A DNA stretch of 64,000 bases from an uncultured Oscillospiraceae bacterium. GTDB taxonomy: Bacteria > Bacillota > Clostridia > Oscillospirales > Acutalibacteraceae. This document shows positions 48,058 through 57,812 of the stretch, in pieces; the stretch's first letter is position 1; each line of letters opens with the position of its first letter. Location of the stretch: positions 5,491 to 69,490 of the forward strand of contig UQFM01000002.1 of assembly GCA_900540295.1 (NCBI GenBank), read 5' to 3'. Under the pieces are notes generated by a model. It was not told the DNA's origin and searched no databases. It saw only the letters and a list, made by a program, of their open reading frames with translations. The position numbers and the translations under genes are program-made.

Positions 48058-49317
48058 ATGCTGGCGCGTGAAAGCAACGCGAACTATCCTTCCCGCCGCA
48101 GGGAAATGACCAACTATACGCTGCGTGAGGTCAAAAAGGTCTGCTCGGAAATCGGACCGCGCGAATCGGGCGAGGAAAGCGAGCGCAAGGCGCAGGCTTA
48201 TATTGCCGAATCCATGAAGAATGTCGCCGATTCCGTGGAGACGGAAGAATTTGAACTGCATCCGAAGGCGTTTATGGGCTGGGTGCTTGTAGATGTTGTG
48301 CTGATGATTGTTTCTGCGGTTTTGCTCATTTTGTCCCGATTCGATGCTGTACCGTCCCTGAGTACCGCCTTTAACGTCGGCGCGCTGGTGCTGTCTGCAC
48401 TTTCGTTAGTATTTATGGTTGCAGAATTTTTATTCTACAAACCGATTTTGGACCCGTTTTTTCCGAAGCGGCAGTCCTGCAATGTTGTGTGTACGCGCAA
48501 GGCGGCGGGCGAAACCAAGCGCCGCATTATTTTCAGCGGGCATATCGACTCCGCCTATGAATGGACATATACGCACCTCGGCGGCGGCAAGCTGTTGACC
48601 GCGGTTATCGCGCTTGCATTCGGTTCGGTGTTTGTACAGTTTGTTTTGGATATTCTTTCTCTCTGCCCCGTTCCCGAATGGCTTTCCACCGTAATTTTGG
48701 TGCTTGCATTCGTGACGGCAGTTCCGATTTTACTTGGTGCATTTTTTGTAAACTGGAAGTTGGTTGTGCCCGGCGCAAACGACAATCTGACAGGCGTGTT
48801 CGCCTCTATGGCAGTGCTTCGTTACATGGCGGCAAACGATATCCGCTTTGAAAATACAGAGGTGGTCGCCGTTTCCATGGGCTGTGAGGAAGCGGGTCTG
48901 CGCGGTGCAAAAGCGTTTGCGAAAAAACACGCAAACGAGGATAACATCGAAACCGTATTTGTCGCAACCGATACACTCCGCGATTTCGACTTCATGGGCG
49001 TGTACAACAAAGATATGTCCGGCACGGTGAAATTGGATGCGCGTGCCGCCGCCATGGTCAAAAAGGCAAGCGAAACCGCAGGCTACAATTTGGATTATGC
49101 CAACGTATTTTTCGGTTCGTCCGACGCCGCCGCCATTCAGCAGGGCGGCATGAACGCCGTCGCACTCGCGGCGATGGATCCCACCCCCGCACGCTATTAT
49201 CATACGCGCGGCGATACAGCGCAGAATTTGGACCCAAAAACCGTAGAAGCGGGTATTGATATTCTTTTGGAAACTGCCTTCCTGTTCGACAGCGAAGGAT
49301 TAAAAGACGTTTATTAA
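48058..49317 (+). CDS. M28 family peptidase with internal TM segments
   Basis: RBS TGGAGTGA. GHIDSAYEWTY..NDNLTG..CEEAGLRGA resembles Zn-aminopeptidases. Confidence 0.65.
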   Translation: MLARESNANYPSRRREMTNYTLREVKKVCSEIGPRESGEESERKAQAYIAESMKNVADSVETEEFELHPKAFMGWVLVDVVLMIVSAVLLILSRFDAVPSLSTAFNVGALVLSALSLVFMVAEFLFYKPILDPFFPKRQSCNVVCTRKAAGETKRRIIFSGHIDSAYEWTYTHLGGGKLLTAVIALAFGSVFVQFVLDILSLCPVPEWLSTVILVLAFVTAVPILLGAFFVNWKLVVPGANDNLTGVFASMAVLRYMAANDIRFENTEVVAVSMGCEEAGLRGAKAFAKKHANEDNIETVFVATDTLRDFDFMGVYNKDMSGTVKLDARAAAMVKKASETAGYNLDYANVFFGSSDAAAIQQGGMNAVALAAMDPTPARYYHTRGDTAQNLDPKTVEAGIDILLETAFLFDSEGLKDVY

Positions 49318-49340
49318 ACATCTGAAAAGGGGTACCGATT

Positions 49341-50426
49341 ATGCAAACCAAAGCTATGAAACCCGTCTGTGTACTTTTGGCTGTCCTTTTCGCGATGGTG
49401 GCGCTCACCTCCTGCGATTTCAGCTTAGACAGTCTGACAAAACAGAACGAAGGTCCTGAACCCGTCGCCGTTACGCTGAAAACCGATTTGAAGGATGCAA
49501 TGTTCACCTTCACCTACGGTGAACTGAAAGAGGTTCTGCCCGCAGATTTGCTTGCAAACCTGTTTGAGGACTTTGAGGAAAAAGACGACAGCACGACGAT
49601 TGAACTGAATTACAATGAAATTAAAGCGCGCTATTCGGGCAATAAGGATGAAAATCTGTTTGCCAACGTACTTGCGCTTTTGGACGACAGCGAACGCGCC
49701 GCGCTGGAGACAAACCGCGCCGAGGTGCTTGCGTATTACAACCGTATTGCGAATGCGGTGAAAGCACAGAAGCCCCAGACGGAATACAACGAGGACTTTT
49801 GGGTGGCAGACGATACTATTGCGTTTACCGACCAAAACGGCACCGTATCGAACGAGGATTCCGCCATCGCAAAATCTGCCCGTCTGTATAAGGACTTTAT
49901 TTTAGAAGGCGTGAAAGACGCGCTGCCGCACGGCAAAACCGATGCGAATGCGTCTTTGGACGATATTTTGTATTTGAAAGGCAGTTCGGTTGTCTCGGAA
50001 CTGACGCTTGCGGATATTGATGCGCTCTATTCCTCTGTTACGGCAACAACCGAAAAAAATTCCGCAGATGAAAAGGTGGTTACCGAGCTTACGCGCACCG
50101 TGGAAATTCATCTGAAAAACGAGAACGCCGCGATTCGCAAGGCGTACTCCTTCCGTGAGCCTGCCGATGTACTCGCCAAGCTCAACCGCCCCGAAAACTC
50201 CTTCACAGTCAACTCGGCGGAATTCGAGCCGTTTGACTGCGTGATTACCGCTGTATTCAATGCGGCGACCGACGAGCTCATTTCTCTTTCTTACGACAGA
50301 AACATGAAGGTTACCGCTTCGCTCACGGGCGAAGGCTCTTTGGCGTCACTCGGTACGCAGACACTGAACTTCAACTGCGGCGGCAATATGTATTATCACT
50401 TCGGTTGGGAATCGGAAGCCGAATAA
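49341..50426 (+). CDS. lipoprotein, hypothetical
   Basis: Lipobox LTSC after a signal peptide. Confidence 0.6.
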   Translation: MQTKAMKPVCVLLAVLFAMVALTSCDFSLDSLTKQNEGPEPVAVTLKTDLKDAMFTFTYGELKEVLPADLLANLFEDFEEKDDSTTIELNYNEIKARYSGNKDENLFANVLALLDDSERAALETNRAEVLAYYNRIANAVKAQKPQTEYNEDFWVADDTIAFTDQNGTVSNEDSAIAKSARLYKDFILEGVKDALPHGKTDANASLDDILYLKGSSVVSELTLADIDALYSSVTATTEKNSADEKVVTELTRTVEIHLKNENAAIRKAYSFREPADVLAKLNRPENSFTVNSAEFEPFDCVITAVFNAATDELISLSYDRNMKVTASLTGEGSLASLGTQTLNFNCGGNMYYHFGWESEAE

Positions 50427-50503
50427 AATTCCCCTGATGATTCTGTATACCCGCAACGCCCTGTATGTATTTACAGGGCGTTTTTTCAAAGGAGAGAGAC
50501 TGT

Positions 50504-51865
50504 ATGACAGACCGGGAACGCATGGATTTGTATACAAGTATTGTACCGAATGCGCGCCAGCTGCGGATTCAGGAAATGAAATACTACGCTTTTGTGCATT
50601 ACACCGTGAATACCTTTACGGGGCGTGAATGGGGAAACGGTAAGGAGTCCGAACGGATTTTCAATCCGAAAGCGCAGGATACGGACAGTTGGTGCAAGGC
50701 AATTAAGGATGCGGGTATGAAGGGATTAATTTTAACCTGCAAGCATCACGACGGCTTTTGCCTTTGGCAAACGAAAACCACCGAGCACTCCGTCAAAAAC
50801 AGTCCCTACAAAAACGGCAAGGGCGACGTAGTGCGTGAAACGGCGGAATCCTGCCGTAAATATGGCTTAAAATTCGGCGTTTACCTTTCGCCTTGGGACA
50901 GAAACTGCCCGCTGTACGGCACGCCCGCCTACAATGATTTTTACATTGCACAGCTGACGGAGCTTCTGACAAATTACGGTGAAATCTTTATGCTTTGGCT
51001 GGACGGTGCGTGCGGTGCAAAGGCGGACGGTCAGCCCCAACAAAAATATGATTTTGAGCGCATTTGGCGCACGGCGGTGGAGTTACAGCCGAACATCGTC
51101 ATGTCGGGCTGTGCGCCCGATGTGCGCTGGATTGGCAACGAAAGCGGCAAAACGCGTGAAAGCGAATGGAATGTTGTGCCGAAATTTCAGTTCGACCAGC
51201 AAAATATCGCCGCCAACTGTCAGGATACCGACGATATGCGCGCATTTCAAAAGCGGTGTCAGGACGTCATGTTGCCCGATATGGGGTCCAGAAAATTTTT
51301 GGCGAACTATGACGAATTCATGTGGTATCCCGCCGAAGTGGATGTTTCAATTCGGCTCGGCTGGTTTTACCATCCTCTGCAATGTTTTACACGCAAGAGC
51401 GTTGACCATTTGATGAAGATTTATTACAACTCTGTCGGCAACAACAGTCTTTTACTGCTGAATATCCCGCCGAACCGCAAAGGGAAGTTTTCCAAGGGCG
51501 ATGTTCGCCGTCTGCGGGAAATGGGCGCATGGCTCAAAAAAGAAGAAAACTGTCTTTTGGAAAGCGAAAAAACAGTTTCGGACGGCGGGCGGGAAATCAC
51601 CCTGCGCTTCCCGCGCCAATCGGTGGACCGCGTGTATCTTGCCGAGGATACTACGAAATCCCAGCGTGTGGAACGCTTTGAAATCTATGACGGCGCAAAT
51701 CACTGCGTATTTCAAGGCACGATTATCGGGTTTTCCCGTATCGCGATTTTTGACGCGCCCGTCACAACGGATACATTGCGCGTTGTGATTACCGAATCCC
51801 GCAACGAGCCGTATCTTGAAACCGCCGAGGTTTACAAAACAGGCGCATACAGACCGAAAAAGTAA
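50504..51865 (+). CDS. GH29 alpha-L-fucosidase
   Basis: YYAFVHYTVNTFTGREWGNG...CKHHDGFCLW is a GH29 signature. RBS AGGAGAGAGA. Confidence 0.85.
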   Translation: MTDRERMDLYTSIVPNARQLRIQEMKYYAFVHYTVNTFTGREWGNGKESERIFNPKAQDTDSWCKAIKDAGMKGLILTCKHHDGFCLWQTKTTEHSVKNSPYKNGKGDVVRETAESCRKYGLKFGVYLSPWDRNCPLYGTPAYNDFYIAQLTELLTNYGEIFMLWLDGACGAKADGQPQQKYDFERIWRTAVELQPNIVMSGCAPDVRWIGNESGKTRESEWNVVPKFQFDQQNIAANCQDTDDMRAFQKRCQDVMLPDMGSRKFLANYDEFMWYPAEVDVSIRLGWFYHPLQCFTRKSVDHLMKIYYNSVGNNSLLLLNIPPNRKGKFSKGDVRRLREMGAWLKKEENCLLESEKTVSDGGREITLRFPRQSVDRVYLAEDTTKSQRVERFEIYDGANHCVFQGTIIGFSRIAIFDAPVTTDTLRVVITESRNEPYLETAEVYKTGAYRPKK

Positions 51866-51904
51866 ACTCTGTGCCATATCCCATGCAGGGGCGCAAAAAA
51901 TATT

Positions 51905-52080
51905 TCTTGACAAATATACAAAAATATAGTATCCTATTTGAGCAATAAAGAAGAATCGTTCCGTTCTCACCTGTGCGTTGCGTACAAAACAGGTCAATAC
52001 CGTTTGAATTTCGTTATTTACGGAGTTTTTGTGTATTCGCGTGAACGTGTTCTTCGTTCACGCTTTTTTAATTTTGTAAG
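51905..52080 (+). promoter_or_regulatory. promoter plus L20-type leader/attenuator of the infC-rpmI-rplT operon
   Basis: TTGACA promoter, then a structured leader ending in the terminator-like hairpin CGCGTGAACG-tgttctt-CGTTCACGC plus TTTTTT just before infC. Confidence 0.55.
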
Positions 52081-52082
52081 GA

Positions 52083-52604
52083 GTGATCGCTATCAGTACC
52101 AGAGAAATGCAGATCAATGAGCAAATCCGCGACCGCGAAGTCCGCGTCGTAAGCGATTCGGGCGAGCAGCTGGGCATTATGTCGTCAAGGGATGCACGCC
52201 GCTTGGCAGAGGAAAAGAACCTCGACCTCGTGAAAATTGCGCCGATGGCAAAGCCGCCCGTTTGCAAAGTCATGGATTACGGCAAATACCGTTTTGAACA
52301 GGCAAAACGCGAAAAAGAAGCGCGAAAAAATCAAAAAACGGTGGAAATCAAAGAGATTCGTCTGTCTTTGAACATTGATACGCATGACTTTGAGACCAAA
52401 GCGAGACATGCCGAGAAATTTTTAAAGGCGGGCAACAAGGTTAAGGTTTCTATCCGCTTCCGCGGACGCGAAATGGCGCATACGAATTTAGGGCTTGACT
52501 CTATGGCGAAGTTTGCCGAGGCATGCAAAGACTTTTCTTCCATTGAAAAGCCGGCAAAGCTGGAGGGCAGACAGATGCTGATGTTCTTAGCGCCGTTAAA
52601 ATAA
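52083..52604 (+). CDS. infC: translation initiation factor IF-3
   Basis: INEQIRDREVRVVSDSGEQLGI... The exact non-canonical start codon is uncertain: a GTG abuts the RBS and ATC candidates lie nearby. Confidence 0.8.
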   Translation: MIAISTREMQINEQIRDREVRVVSDSGEQLGIMSSRDARRLAEEKNLDLVKIAPMAKPPVCKVMDYGKYRFEQAKREKEARKNQKTVEIKEIRLSLNIDTHDFETKARHAEKFLKAGNKVKVSIRFRGREMAHTNLGLDSMAKFAEACKDFSSIEKPAKLEGRQMLMFLAPLK

Positions 52605-52631
52605 GTTATCATTATTCAGGAGGAATTTGAA

Positions 52632-52829
52632 ATGCCTAAACTCAAAACCCATTCCGGAGCTAAAAAACGCTTCAAGCTGTCGAAAAACGGCAAGCCGATT
52701 CGTGCACATGCCAACAAATCTCACATTCTGACGAAAAAGAGCACCAAGAGAAAAAGAAATCTTCGCAAAACAGCTGTTGCGGATACAACCAACCAGAAGC
52801 AGATTAAACGCTTGATTCCTTATAAATAA
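52632..52829 (+). CDS. rpmI: 50S ribosomal protein L35
   Basis: [21 protein letters not shown]... Confidence 0.9.
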   Translation: MPKLKTHSGAKKRFKLSKNGKPIRAHANKSHILTKKSTKRKRNLRKTAVADTTNQKQIKRLIPYK

Positions 52830-52876
52830 ACCGCAGGCTGTTCAGCCGCAAAAGAAATATTCGGAGGTAACTTACC

Positions 52877-53233
52877 ATGGCACGTGTTAAAGGCGCAATG
52901 ATGACGCGCAAAAGAAGAAATAAAACCCTGAAACTGGCAAAGGGCTACTACGGTTCCAAGAGCCGTTTGTTCAAGACCGCAAAGCAGGCGGTTATGAAGT
53001 CCGGTCAGTATGCATACATCGGCAGAAAGCAGAAAAAGAGAGATTTCAGAAGACTTTGGATTACAAGAATCTCTGCGGCTTGCAAAATGAACGGTATGAA
53101 TTATTCTTCGTTCATCAACGGTCTCAAGAAAGCGGGCGTTGACCTCAACCGCAAAATGCTTTCCGAAATCGCGATTGCAGACCCCGCCGCTTTCACCGCG
53201 CTTACAGAGCAGGCAAAAGCAGCACTGAAATAA
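52877..53233 (+). CDS. rplT: 50S ribosomal protein L20
   Basis: [26 protein letters not shown]... Confidence 0.9.
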   Translation: MARVKGAMMTRKRRNKTLKLAKGYYGSKSRLFKTAKQAVMKSGQYAYIGRKQKKRDFRRLWITRISAACKMNGMNYSSFINGLKKAGVDLNRKMLSEIAIADPAAFTALTEQAKAALK

Positions 53234-53240
53234 GCAAAAG

Positions 53241-53280
53241 CCACGTCCCGCACTGTGTCGGGGCGTGGTTTGTGTTTTCC
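53241..53280 (+). terminator. rho-independent terminator after rplT
   Basis: CCACGTCCCG-cactgtgt-CGGGGCGTGG followed by TTTGTGTTTT. Confidence 0.7.
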
Positions 53281-53321
53281 CTCGTTACGAAGTTGTGCAG
53301 ATGTGCAGGGCTGAATTTTAT

Positions 53322-53645
53322 GTAACCCCGTAGGGGCGGATGCCTTCATCCGCCCGCCCGCAATCTGATGAAACTTCGCGGACGGACAAGGATGTCCGTC
53401 CCTACGCGTAGGATGAAAATATAGCACAACCTGTAAGGGGCGGGTTATTCCCCTGACAGGGGAAATGTCTGCAAAGCAGACAAAAGGGTTCCCGTTTTCG
53501 GAGAAAATCCACGCCCGCCCGAGTGCAGGTGGATTTCACACAAAATCGGTGGTGATACACAAACCGCGTAGGGGCGAACTGTGTTCGCCCGCCGAAGTCT
53601 GCTATAATTTTACGGAACAACACAGAGGTTGTTCCCTACACCGTA
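53322..53645. repeat. REP-like repeat cluster R9 (hairpin-CTAC units only, no module A)
   Basis: CCGTAGGGGCGGATGCCTTCATCCGCCC, GGACGGACAAGGATGTCCGTCCCTACGCGTAGG, CGTAGGGGCGAACTGTGTTCGCCC and GGAACAACacagagGTTGTTCCCTACACCG. Confidence 0.8.
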
Positions 53646-53661
53646 CGGAACGACATTTTTT

Positions 53662-54456
53662 ATGGATGAATTTATGAATCACATTTTGATTTCCGCATAT
53701 ACAAATGAAAAAATCAAAGAATACCGAAAGCTGCTCACTTCCCGCAAAGCGCGCCGCGAAAGCGGGCTTTTTCCGCTGGAGGGCTTGCGGCTCTGCGCCG
53801 ATGCGGCGGCAAGCGGATTCCCGATAGAAACGCTGTTTTTGACCGAATCGGCGGAAGAAAAGGGCGGCGAACGGCTGGAACTGCTGTGTAAAAACGCGCG
53901 CCGTATCTATACCGTTTCACCCGCCGTTGCCGAAAAAATGGCGGACACCGTGTCTACGCAGGGCGTATTCTGTACTGTGCGTATGGAAACGGAACAGATG
54001 TTTTGTGTACGCAGCGGCGGGCGGTACGTCGTACTTGACCGTGTGCAGAATCCGCAGAATCTCGGTGCGATTGCCCGCACGGCGGAAGCACTCGGTGCGG
54101 ACAGCATAATTGTTTTCGGGGGCTGTGACCGTTACAATCCGAAGGCTTTGCGTGCATCCATGGGTTCGCTTTTGCGCCTGCCTGTGTTTGAAACAGAAGA
54201 TATTGCCGAAACCCTGCACACTTTGGGCGAAACCGTTTTCACGTTTGCCGCAGTACCCGATGCGAATGCACTGTCCGTTTCGGACGCGGATTTTTCTAAA
54301 GGTTCGGCAGTCGTTATCGGCAATGAGGGCGAGGGCGTGTCCGAAGATGTATTGTCAGCGGTGCAAAGCCGTGTCACGATTCCGATGCGCGGCAATGCGG
54401 AATCCTTAAACGCGGCGGCCGCGGCAATTATTTTGATGTGGGAAATGACAAAATGA
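53662..54456 (+). CDS. TrmH/SpoU family RNA 2'-O-methyltransferase
   Basis: GNEGEGVS and AESLNAAAAAIILM are SPOUT motifs. The start is uncertain (MDEFMNHIL). Confidence 0.75.
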   Translation: MDEFMNHILISAYTNEKIKEYRKLLTSRKARRESGLFPLEGLRLCADAAASGFPIETLFLTESAEEKGGERLELLCKNARRIYTVSPAVAEKMADTVSTQGVFCTVRMETEQMFCVRSGGRYVVLDRVQNPQNLGAIARTAEALGADSIIVFGGCDRYNPKALRASMGSLLRLPVFETEDIAETLHTLGETVFTFAAVPDANALSVSDADFSKGSAVVIGNEGEGVSEDVLSAVQSRVTIPMRGNAESLNAAAAAIILMWEMTK

Positions 54457-55661
54457 ACGACGAAATTTATTGGATTTGGCTGCTGAAATGCTTCGGCTCT
54501 GCGGCGGCGATTGACGGTATTATACAGTATTTCGGCTCGGCGCGCGGACTGTACGAGGCGGGGAGTACCGAATGGCGGCTGTCGGGACTGCTCACGGCGA
54601 AGCAGATTGCCGCGCTTTCCAAGTGGTCGCCGTCACAGTCGGGCGATGTGTTAAAGGCGTGCCGCGAAAACGGCTGGGAAATTCTCACACCGCAAAGCAT
54701 ATACTATCCGCAGAGACTGCGGGAACTTCGCAATTTTCCGCCCGTGCTGTTTTTGCAGGGCGATAAAGAAGTGCTTCTGCGCGACGTCAAGCTGTCGATG
54801 GTCGGCACGCGCAGAGCGTCCAATTACGGACTGCGTGTCGCACGGCTTTTGGCAGAGGCGTTAAGCAAGGCGGGCGCGGTGGTGGTTTCGGGCGGTGCAC
54901 TTGGCGTAGACAGTGCCGCACATGCAGGCGCACTGCACGCACGCGGCAAAACGGTAGCCGTGCTCGGCTGCGGCTTGGGTACGGATTATCTGCGTGAAAA
55001 TGCACCTCTGCGCAAAGAAATATCCGAAAACGGGGCGTTGATTTCCGAATTTCTGCCGTTTTCCCCTGCATCCAGAACGACCTTTCCGCTGCGCAACCGA
55101 ATTATTTCGGCGCTGTCTCTCGGCACGGTCGTTGTGGAGGCGGGTGAAAAAAGCGGTTCTCTCATTACGGCGCGCTTTGCGCTCGAACAGGGACGCGATG
55201 TGTTTGCCGTACCCGGGGATATTATTTCCTCGGCGTTCACGGGTGCAAACAAATTGATTCGCGACGGTGCAAAACCCGTGTTTACCCCTCTTGATATTTT
55301 GGAAGAATATGTATATACTTACCCCGAAGAGATAAATACCGCGCACGCGGACCGAACACTCGGCGAGATGCTCCGTCAGTCGGGGCAAATGCAGGCGGCA
55401 CAGCGCACCGTGCATACGGCGCATAACGGAAATACAGGCAAAACGCTTACGCCGAATACCGCGCCGCCGTCCGTACCCCTGCCCGAAGCGGCAAGCGATA
55501 CGGCAAAAACCGTGTATGCGGTACTCGAAACGGCAAAACATATCGATGAAATCAGCGAAAAAACAGGCTTGCCTGTTTCCGCCTGTCTCGGCGCGCTGAC
55601 GGAGTTAGAGCTGTACGGCTGTGTACAGCTTGCGGAAGGCAAAAAATACAAAAAGATTTAG
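54453..55661 (+). CDS. dprA: DNA-processing protein DprA (Smf)
   Basis: Rossmann core VVSGGALGVDSAAH..VLGCGLG. ATGA overlap with the upstream gene. Confidence 0.85.
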   Translation: MNDEIYWIWLLKCFGSAAAIDGIIQYFGSARGLYEAGSTEWRLSGLLTAKQIAALSKWSPSQSGDVLKACRENGWEILTPQSIYYPQRLRELRNFPPVLFLQGDKEVLLRDVKLSMVGTRRASNYGLRVARLLAEALSKAGAVVVSGGALGVDSAAHAGALHARGKTVAVLGCGLGTDYLRENAPLRKEISENGALISEFLPFSPASRTTFPLRNRIISALSLGTVVVEAGEKSGSLITARFALEQGRDVFAVPGDIISSAFTGANKLIRDGAKPVFTPLDILEEYVYTYPEEINTAHADRTLGEMLRQSGQMQAAQRTVHTAHNGNTGKTLTPNTAPPSVPLPEAASDTAKTVYAVLETAKHIDEISEKTGLPVSACLGALTELELYGCVQLAEGKKYKKI

Positions 55662-55673
55662 GTAGGAAAGCAA

Positions 55674-57812
55674 ATGTCGAATTTGGTTATTGTGGAGTCA
55701 CCCTCCAAAGCAAAAACGATTCAAAAATATTTAGGCAAAGACTATACGGTCACCGCGTCTGTCGGGCATATCCGCGATTTGCCCGCCGCGCGCCTGAGCG
55801 TAGACGTAAAAAACGATTTTGCGCCGAAATACGCGATTGTCAAAGGCAAAGAAAAATTGGTGAAAGAGTTAAAGGCGCTGGTCAAGGAATCCGACAAGGT
55901 CTATCTCGCAACCGACCCGGACCGCGAGGGCGAAGCCATTTCGTGGCACTTGGCGAATGTGCTTGACTTAGACTTGAATGACGAAAACCGCGTAAAATTT
56001 AACGAAATCAACAAAACAAGCGTGCAAAAGGGCATTGCGAATCCCGAAAAAATCGATTTGGATTTGGTGGATGCACAGCAGGCGCGCCGTATCTTAGACC
56101 GTTTGGTCGGCTATAAACTGAGTCCGTTTGTGTCGCAGAAAATTCGCCGCGGGCTGTCCGCAGGCCGCGTGCAGTCGGTTGCGCTCCGTCTGATTGTGGA
56201 CCGCGAGCAGGAAATCCGCGCATTCAAGCCCGAAGAATACTGGACGCTCGACGCGAAATTTATTGCGCCGTCGTCAAAACGCGCGTTCTCGGCAACCTTT
56301 GCGGGGGACGAAACGGGCAAGGTGAAAATCACCGATAAAGCACAGTCGGACGCCATTTTGGCACGGCTTACGGACGCGTCGTTTTCCGTCACCAATGTGA
56401 AAAAGGGTACGCGCCGCCGTCAGCCCGCACCGCCGTTTACCACGTCTACCTTACAGCAGGAGGGTTCGCGCAAGCTGGGCTTCCAAGGCAAACGCACCAT
56501 GAAAGTGGCGCAGGAGCTGTATGAAGGTATGGAAGTCAAGGGCTACGGCACCATGGGTCTGATTACCTATATGCGTACCGATTCTCTGCGTATTTCCGAG
56601 GAAGCGCGCGCCGAGGGCAACACGTACATTGCGGAAAATTTCGGGAAAGCGTATTTGCCCGAAAAGCCGCGTTACTATAAAACCAAAGCCTCTGCGCAGG
56701 ACGGTCACGAGGCGATTCGCCCGACTGTGCCGTCGCTGTCACCCGATAAGGTCAAGGACAGCCTCAGTTCTGACCAGTTCAAGCTGTATTCGCTTATCTG
56801 GAAACGCTTTATGGCAAGTTTGATGGCAAACTGTGTGCAGGATACCGTCAAGGTGGAAATTCACGGTGCAAATGCGGAGGACGCGGCGCAGGAGAAGTAC
56901 TGCCTGTTTACCGCAAGCGGTTATACCGTGCGGTTTGACGGCTACACGAAGCTATATGTTGCGGGTACGGACGAGGAGGAAGAGGATGCGTCCAAGCTGC
57001 CTGTCATCAAAGAGGGTGACGCACTCAAGGTGAAGGAACTGCTCGGCAATCAGCACTTTACACAGCCGCCCGCACGCTATACGGAAGCATCGCTTGTCAA
57101 GACGCTGGAAGAAACAGGCGTCGGCAGACCGAGCACATATGTGTCCATTGTATCGACCATTACAGGACGCGAGTACGTCACGCGCGAACAAAAACAGTTA
57201 AAACCCACGGAATTGGGCGAAGCGGTTATCGGGCTGTTAAAGGACCAGTTCCCGAATATCGTCAACGTGAAATTTACCGCGAATATGGAAAACGACCTCG
57301 ACGAGGTCGAGCACGGCAAAGTGGATTATATCGCGATGCTCCATTCGTTCTACGACGGTTTTGACGAAGACCTGAAAAGGGCAAAAGAAAAAACCGAGGG
57401 TATGAAAATCAAATTAAAAGAGGATGAAACCGACATTCCCTGCGAAAAGTGCGGCAGAATGATGGTTATCAAAACCGGACGGTTCGGCAAATTCCTTGCG
57501 TGCCCCGGCTACCCCGACTGCAAAAACACAAAGCCGCTGGTGGTCGAAACCACGGCAACCTGCCCCGTCTGCGGCGGCAAGGTGATTCAGAAAAAGAGCA
57601 AGCGCGGCTACACCTTCTTCGGCTGTGACAATTACCCCGAATGCAACTTTATGACTTGGGATAAGCCCACCGATGAGAAATGTCCGCAGTGCGGCAAATC
57701 GCTGTTTAAGGGCAAGGGCGGTATGCTCAAATGCCTCGACGAAAAATGCGGTTTTGAAAAGAAAGCCGAACGCAAACGCAAAAAAGCCGATGCGGCAGAG
57801 GAAACCGTATGA
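55674..57812 (+). CDS. topA: DNA topoisomerase I
   Basis: Toprim N-terminus LVIVESPSKAKTIQKYLG. C-terminal C4 zinc ribbons. Confidence 0.95.
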   Translation: MSNLVIVESPSKAKTIQKYLGKDYTVTASVGHIRDLPAARLSVDVKNDFAPKYAIVKGKEKLVKELKALVKESDKVYLATDPDREGEAISWHLANVLDLDLNDENRVKFNEINKTSVQKGIANPEKIDLDLVDAQQARRILDRLVGYKLSPFVSQKIRRGLSAGRVQSVALRLIVDREQEIRAFKPEEYWTLDAKFIAPSSKRAFSATFAGDETGKVKITDKAQSDAILARLTDASFSVTNVKKGTRRRQPAPPFTTSTLQQEGSRKLGFQGKRTMKVAQELYEGMEVKGYGTMGLITYMRTDSLRISEEARAEGNTYIAENFGKAYLPEKPRYYKTKASAQDGHEAIRPTVPSLSPDKVKDSLSSDQFKLYSLIWKRFMASLMANCVQDTVKVEIHGANAEDAAQEKYCLFTASGYTVRFDGYTKLYVAGTDEEEEDASKLPVIKEGDALKVKELLGNQHFTQPPARYTEASLVKTLEETGVGRPSTYVSIVSTITGREYVTREQKQLKPTELGEAVIGLLKDQFPNIVNVKFTANMENDLDEVEHGKVDYIAMLHSFYDGFDEDLKRAKEKTEGMKIKLKEDETDIPCEKCGRMMVIKTGRFGKFLACPGYPDCKNTKPLVVETTATCPVCGGKVIQKKSKRGYTFFGCDNYPECNFMTWDKPTDEKCPQCGKSLFKGKGGMLKCLDEKCGFEKKAERKRKKADAAEETV

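Noticed and set aside
53328-53410. CTGATGAAA / GAAATCTGATGAAAyyTTGCGG strings inside repeat linkers that look like a hammerhead-ribozyme core (CUGAUGA)
   Set aside because: CTGATGA is not directly followed by a helix II. No GAAA follows the next hairpin. No helix I/III pairing brackets a UH cleavage site. This is a motif resemblance only.
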